A stretch of DNA of 64,000 nucleotides from the NCBI RefSeq assembly GCF_009914755.1, contig NC_060946.1. One strand, given 5' to 3'. The notes under the pieces are model-generated. The model worked only from the letters and a program-made list of their open reading frames with translations, was not told the DNA's origin and did not search any database. Numbering within the stretch: position 1 is the first letter of the stretch; each line of letters starts with the position of its first letter. Both the position numbers and the translations under genes were made by a program. Below, one piece after another: positions 57,701 to 64,000 of this stretch. Source of the DNA: the human T2T-CHM13v2.0 reference genome, Homo sapiens.

Positions 57701-58905
57701 CATAGCCATGCTCTGCCAAATCCTCTGTCAAGAAGGGTATTTCCAAGTTCTCTTGCAGGCTTTTCATAGTTTGAGGTCTTGTGTTTACATCTTTCATTCA
57801 TCTTGAGTTAATTTCTGTGCAGGGTGAGACACAGGGGCCCACTGTTTTTCTTCTGCAACTGGCTAGCACTTTATCCTGGCACCATCTATTGAGAGGAGGG
57901 AGTCCTTTCTCCAAAGCTTATTTTTGTGGATTTTTTTGAAGATCAGATGGTGTTAGGGGTGTGGGTTTACATCTGGGTCCTCTAATCTGTTCCACTGCTC
58001 TGTGTGAAATGGGGTCCCTAGCTTTTCAATGAAAATTAAAATCGGGAAGTGTGACACAACCAATGTAGTGTGGACTTCTCAGGATTGCTTTAGAAATTCA
58101 GGGTGTTTTGTGGTCTGCATGAATTTTAGCATTGCATATTTACATATTTTTTAAAAGGTTGGCCATATAGTAAAGGTATACAATGGGGGGAGTTAGAGTG
58201 GGGCATTTTGGTTAATGCAGACACAGAGGAATGTTAAAATCAGGATATTTAGAGTCTCTGTTATCACAAACAGTTGTTAATTTATTTGTGGTGAAAACAT
58301 TTGGAATCTTCTTTTCCAGATTTTGTGAAAAAGCTGTGATGTTTTGTTAACCTCTGGTCACAGTGCTGTGGAACAGAGAGGAACAATTCATTGCTCTCAT
58401 CTAAGTGTAATTTTGTACCTATTTCTGATCCCTGCCCATGCCTCTGCTTCCTTCCAATCTCTGGAAACCACTGTTGTGCTCTCTAGATCTATTGCAATAA
58501 AGCCTTTTATTTTGGGTTCTACATGAGTGAGATGTGGCAATGTTTTTCTTTCTCTACCTGGTTCAGGTCATTTACCATGCTGTCCTCCAGGTTCAACAGT
58601 ATGGCTCCAAATGATGAAATTTCATTCTGATTTTCTGGCTGAAGACTATTCTCTTTGTGTATGTCCACCACAGTTACTTTATCCCTTCATCTGTGGATGG
58701 GCAGGTAAGTTTATTCCTTATCTTGGCGATTGTGAATAGTGCTGCAGTCCACATAGGATGGCTGATACCTCTTGCATAAACTGATTTCTTTGGCACTGAA
58801 AGTATACTTAGTAGTAGAATTGTTAGATGAAGTGGTAGTTGTAGGTTTAATTTTTGGAGGAACCTCCCACTGGTTTCTGTAGTATGTATACTAATTAACA
58901 TTCTT

Positions 58906-59193
58906 TTTTTTTTTGGATGGAGTCTCGCTGTATTGCCCAGGCTGGAGTGCAGTGGCATGATCTCAGCTCACTGCAAGCTCTGCTTCCTGGGTTCACGCCA
59001 TTCTCCTGCCTCAGCCTCCTGAGTAGCTGGGATTACAGGCACCCGCCACCACGCCCAGGTAATTTTTTATACTTTTAGTAGAGACGGGGTTTCACCGTGT
59101 TAGCCGGGGTGGTCTCGATCTCCTGAACTCGTGATCTGCCGGCCTCGGCCTCCCAAAGTGCTGGGATTACAGGCGTGAGCCACCGTGCCCAGC
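58906..59193 (-). mobile_element. AluY with a ~20-21-bp TSD
   Basis: TGTATACTAATTAACATTCTT at 58885-58905 and 59194-59214. CACTGCAAGCTC and GTGTTAGCC are AluY features. Confidence 0.95.
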
Positions 59194-60211
59194 TGTATAC
59201 TAATTAACATTCTTACCAAATGAGTTTTTCTCTGGAAATTTCCACCAGCATTTGTGTCTCTTTTAATATATTGTATCACTTTGATAACATCCATTTGAAT
59301 TATAGTGAGATATGTGTGTTGTTTTGATTTATATCTTTCTCATGGTTTGTGATGTTATTCAAGTTTTTAAAACTTGTTTTCAATGTTATGTCTTTTTTGT
59401 AGAAATGTCTATTCAGGTTTTGTTTGGTTATTAGTTTCTCTTTTGTGTTTTTGCTAGTGAGTAGTGTTAGTTGCTTAGACATTTTGAAGACAGCCTTTTA
59501 TCAGATGTATGTTTGTCGAAACGTTTCTTGTAGAATGAAACATATATGGAAATGTTCTGTGCAATCAAAACAGCAGTGGTAACAGAGGAGATGTAGGCTC
59601 TGAGTGTCTCACTGGAGACTGAAGTCCACAGATATGCAACAAAGCCTTTGTCTCCCTGATGTTTTTGCCTCCTGCTGGTCATGTGCTTTCACACATCAAG
59701 AGAGGACATTTAACATTTGAGCCACAGTGTCATTTGCTGTTGTCTGATGGGTGAGATTTTTGCTGGCGTAGTCCATATTGTCATATGTTCTTGGGGCCCA
59801 CAAGATTATTCTTGGTCATCTAAGATGTTACTGACATCTTATCACCTTAAGATGTTGCTGACTTAATCACCTTCAACTGACTCCTATTCATTCTTTGAAA
59901 TAAGCAGACACATGTTGTTTCAGTGATTCTTTCAGTTGGTGATTTGCCTGGTGCATTGCTGTGTGAGGTCACCTCCCGTCAAATGACCCACAGGTGGTAA
60001 CAGTCTGTGAACAAACAGTTTACAGGAGGGACCAACCATGTGCGGACGGACATGGGGTGGGTCATTTCAAAGTGAGGTAGTCAACCTGGGCCCTAGACTG
60101 GCACAGACAGAAGAAGCCACAATCCTTTAGAGAGAAAAAAATTACAAAGTATAAATATCCTTTGTTAAGAGAAATAGAGACCATTTTCAGAGGGCGTAAT
60201 AGTATTAAAAT

Positions 60212-60470
60212 GTGTTCTCATTGTTCAGCTCCCACTTACGAGCGAGAACATGCAGTGTTTGGTTTTCTGTTCCTGTGTTAGCTTGCTGAGGATGATGGCT
60301 TCCAGCTTCATCCCTGTACCTGCAGAGGACTTGATCTCATACCTTTTTATGGCTGTGTAGTATTCCATGATGTATATGTAGTACATTTTATTTTTCCAGT
60401 CTATCATTGATGGGCATATGGGTTGGTTCCAAGTCTTTACCATTGTGAATAGTGCTGCTATAACCATACA
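60212..60470 (-). mobile_element. L1PA 3' fragment, antisense
   Basis: TGTGTTCTCATTGTTCAGCTCCCACTTA.GAG.GAGAACATGCAGTGTTTGG. The minus ORF reads ...LEAIILSKLTQEQKTKHCMFSLVSGS. Confidence 0.92.
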
Positions 60471-62775
60471 TGGAGCAGATGGTTCGCAAAGCAAGATGGA
60501 CCTCTGAGCAAGATGAGCTCCAAGCTTGATGGAGCTCAGAGCAGATGGAGCTCCAGGTGAGATGGAGCTCCGATTAATATGAAGCTCGGAGCAGATGTTT
60601 CTGAGTATGATGGAGCACCAAGCCTGTGGTCTCAGAGCAAGATGGAGCTCCGAGCAGATGGTACTCAGAGCCAGATGGAGCTAGGAGTGACTGGGGCTCT
60701 GAGCAAGGTGGAGCTCAGAACAGATGGTGCTCAGAGCAAGATGGAGCTTGGAGTGATTGGAGCTCCAAGCAAGATGGAGCTTGGAGCAGATGGAGCTCTT
60801 AGCAGATGGAACTCAGAGCACCATGGAGCATGGAGTGTCCAGCTCAGAGCAAATATAGCTCAGACAAGAAGGAGCTCCAAGCAAGATGGAGCTTGGAGCC
60901 GATGTTCCTCTGTGTAAGATGGAGCCCAGAGCAAGATAAAGCTTGGAGTCGTTGGAACTCTCAACAGTTCTCTGAGCAGTTGGAACTCTGAGCAAGATGG
61001 AGCTCTGAACAAGATGGTGCTCAGAGCAGATGAAACTCTGAGCAATAAGGAGATCTAAGCAAGATGGAGCTTGGTGCAGATGTTGCTCAGAGCAGATGGT
61101 GCTCAGAGCATGATGGAGCTCAGAATGATTAGAGCTCCAAGCAAGATGGAGCTCAGAGAAGATTGAGCTTGGAGCAGATAGAGCTCTGAACAAAAAGGAG
61201 CTCCAAGCAAGATGGAACTTGGAGCAGATGTTGCTCGGTGTAAGATGGAGCTCAGAGCAGATGCTCGTAACAACATGGAGCTTGAAATGATTGGAACTTA
61301 AAAACTTTACTCTGGAGGATTGGAACTCTGAGCAGATAGTGATCAGAGCAAGATCAGCCTCGGAGTGATTAGAGCTTCGAGCACAATGGGGCTTGGAGCA
61401 GATGCAGCTCTGAGCAAGATGTAGCTCAGAAAACATGTTGCTCACAGTAAGATGTAGCTTGAGCAGATGGTGTTCAGAGCAAAATGATGCTGGAAGTAAT
61501 TGGAGCTCTCAGCAAGCTGGAGCTCGGAGCAGATGGAGCTTGGAGCAAACGAAGTTCGGAGCAAGAAGGAGCTCTAAGCAAGATGGAGCTTGGGGCAAAT
61601 GTTCCTCAGTTTCAGATGGAGTTCAGAACAGATGGTGCTCAGAGCAAGATGGAGCTCAGAGAACATGCTGCTTACAGTAAGATGGAGCTTCGAGCACATG
61701 ATGCTCAGAACAAAATGGAGCTGGAAGTGATTGGAGATATCAGCAAGATGGAGCTAGAAGATGCAGCTCCGAGAATATGGAGCTCTGAGCAGAGGGTACT
61801 CAGAGCAAGATGGAGTTTGGAGGGATTGGAGCTCTGAGAAAGATGGAGCTTGGAGCAAATGGAGCTCTGAGTAAATGGAGCTCTGAGCAAAGTGGAGCTC
61901 AGAGTGATGGAAGCTCTAAAGCAAGATGGAGCTGGGAGTAGATGGAGCTTCAAGAAGATGGTGCTCAGAGCAAGATGGAGCTTGGAGTGATTGGATCTCC
62001 GAACCAGATGGAGCTCAGATCAGATAGACCTCTGAGCAAGAAGGAGCTCCAAACAAAATGGAACTTGGAGCAGATGTTGCTGGTGTAAGATGGAGCTCAG
62101 AGCAGATGGTACTCAGAGCAAGAGGGAGCTCAGAATGATTGGCACTCTGAACATTGCTCTGAGCAATTGGAGCTCTGAGCAAGATGCAGCTCAGAGCAGA
62201 CAGAGCTCTGAGCAAAAAAGGAGCTCTAAGCAAGATGGAGTTTGGAGGAGACGTTGCTTGGTTTTAGTTGGAGCTCAGAACAAAACGGAGCCCACAGTGA
62301 TTACAGCTCCAAGCAAGGCAGAGCTCAGAGCACATGTAGCTCAGAGTAAGATGAGCTCTGTCCACATGGTGCTCAGAGCAAAATGGAGCTAGAAGTGATT
62401 GGAGCTCCCAGCAAGATGGGGCTTGGAGTGATTGGAACTCCTAGCAAGATGGAGCTCAAAGTGGATGGATCTCTGACTAGATGGAGCTCTGAGTAAGATG
62501 AATGTCTATGCAGATGTTGCTCACAGCAAGATAGTGCTTGGAGCGATTGGCACTTCGAGCAAGATGGAGCTTGGAGCAGATGGAGCTCTGAGCAAGATGG
62601 AGCTTGGAGTAGATAGAGCTTGGAGCAAGAAGGAGCTCCAAGCAAGATGGAGCTTGCAGCAGGTGCTTCTCAGTGTAAGATGGAGCTCAGAGAAGATGAT
62701 GCTCAGAGCAAGGTTGAGCTCAGGGTGATTGGCACTCCAAACATTGCTCTGAGCCCATTGGAGCTCTGAGCAAGA
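60470..62775. repeat. Purine-rich short-period (16-18 bp) degenerate tandem repeat: AGCAAGATGGAGCTCAG / AGCAGATGGTGCTCAG / AGTGATTGGAGCTCCA
   Basis: More than 100 degenerate units with dense GAGCTC/GAGCTT. The ORFs translate as repeating SKMELGADGA. Confidence 0.93.
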
Positions 62776-64000
62776 AGGTGGGAAGTGAGCAAGAAGGTGA
62801 AGAAGTGATACATTCCCACAGAACATTACAAGTTTAGCGGAAGCTATTATTGAATGTAAAGAGAAGAATGCCCCAGAATTCTATGTGGATTGTCGGGACA
62901 ATACTCATTTCTGTAATCAGGCCTACTTTCTTTTAAAAAGTTTATCATATCAAACCTCACAAGGACAACCAGAACTCTGCGATATCCACTCTACAAACCT
63001 CAGACCCCTACAGTGTAGTAAAGGTGGCAGCCAAGATAGAAAGACAGAAACACACTGTTTGATGACCAGTCTTTGGAAGTTGAGACAGCAAATGTGGATT
63101 TACTCAGATTATTTTCCTGTCAGCACCTCCAGGTGTTATTTTGATGGTACTTTGCATTGGGCTGATGACACAATGGGGAAACATAAACTGCTGACGCTGG
63201 ACTTCAGCAGTACAGTAACAGCCATGTGCAAGGCCATTGAAAAAGTAAAGACTGGTGGTTACATTGCCACGTGTTTTTCTGCATGGCATCATCATCTTAA
63301 CTATGGACTTTATGTGCTTTCACAGCAAGATGTTTCTAGTATTTAGAAATGGACCTTATGCATTGTATACTTCCTAAGAGCTTGGAAAGCTCTCACCCAG
63401 GTACTACCAAATGCCAGACATCTCTCTATGTGGGCCATTTTCTGCCACAGCCAGAATTCATTCTGGGTGACATGCTGTTCTTGGCTGCTAAGGAAGTGAT
63501 GTGGGGGAGCCAGGTGTCTCTCGCTGTCTGTGAGTCTATGGGAAAAAGGAGAATACTGAAAGGCACTAAGTTTACTGCCACGTTTAGAGGAGCTTTGTCA
63601 AGGCAACACAAGAGTGTTGTAGTCCTTTGTGGCCAACACCAACCTGAGTTTTTACAGCAGTTGTTGCATAATGATCACAGTCACATTCAAGTTCACTTTC
63701 TAAATCTTAGGTTCTACAAAAACTCTGTCTGATAATGTCCTATAGACCTTTCGGTAGCTAAAATCAATGAGTTTGAAAAATAATTTGAATTTGGCTTGCT
63801 CACCTTTTCAGCAGAATGCACTTGTGAGTCCTGCTCTGTCATTGTATTTTACATGTGTGGCTGTCCCTCTTGCTGTGTTGGAAGTCAGTGTTCCAGAATG
63901 TTAACTTCTACAAATACCTATGTATAGAGCAAAGAGAAAACTCTTCAAGTCAAAAGAGTGTATATTATTTCAGGGCAGCTCTCTAGCCTTGGATTTGAAA

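Larger units (their letters stand above)
53300..59500 (-). mobile_element. Series of old antisense L1M 3'-end/ORF2 fragments, repeated about 3-4 times
   Basis: Recurring motifs: AAAATCAGG..ATTTAG (~54720, 56376, 58236), GTATACTAATT-like (~55285, 57020, 58886) and CATTCT..TGGA.TGAGA (~55380, 57126). Confidence 0.75.
52848..59750 (+). ncRNA. DUXAP8/9/10: 5' part of a spliced lncRNA / transcribed pseudogene, DUXAP8/DUXAP9/DUXAP10 (LINC01296) family. Candidate exons: ~52848-52951, 55078-55188, 56491-56605, 56726-56837, 58567 or 58591-58704, 58923-59058, 59534-59750
   Basis: Each internal exon has AG...GT boundaries visible in the sequence; the donors read GTAAGT, GTAGGT, GTAAGC, GTAGGT, GTAAGT, GTAATT and GTGAGA. 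The family assignment is from recollection of the transcript sequence and the GRAMD4P neighbourhood. I recognised no DUXA homeobox in this window. Confidence 0.65.

Overview
Eukaryotic, primate (almost certainly human) genomic DNA. It is a repeat-dense pericentromeric segmental-duplication mosaic with no intact protein-coding gene; the ORF track is almost entirely repeat artefact. From left to right it contains: (1) the end of a ~630-bp-unit tandem array with internal inverted repeats, higher-order duplications and a motif resembling the SNX18/SNX33 PX domain (1-7.3 kb); (2) L1/Alu-rich DNA; (3) a minus-strand GRAMD4 processed pseudogene split by a 5'-inverted L1 insertion with target-site duplications (TSDs); (4) a CpG-rich ~37-40-bp minisatellite; (5) an isolated 6-monomer alpha-satellite island bounded by a 7-bp direct repeat; (6) a CpG-rich ~308-bp tandem repeat; (7) a CpG-island promoter followed by a plus-strand spliced lncRNA whose candidate exons are mostly exonised antisense L1 and Alu sequence, which I recall as the DUXAP8/9/10-LINC01296 family of 14q11/22q11; (8) a 2.3-kb GGAGCTC-rich short-period repeat. 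Family names come from recalled consensus or protein sequences, not from searches, and repeat boundaries are approximate. I found no evidence of a new protein-coding system. The most notable signals are repeat-architecture and exonisation events.
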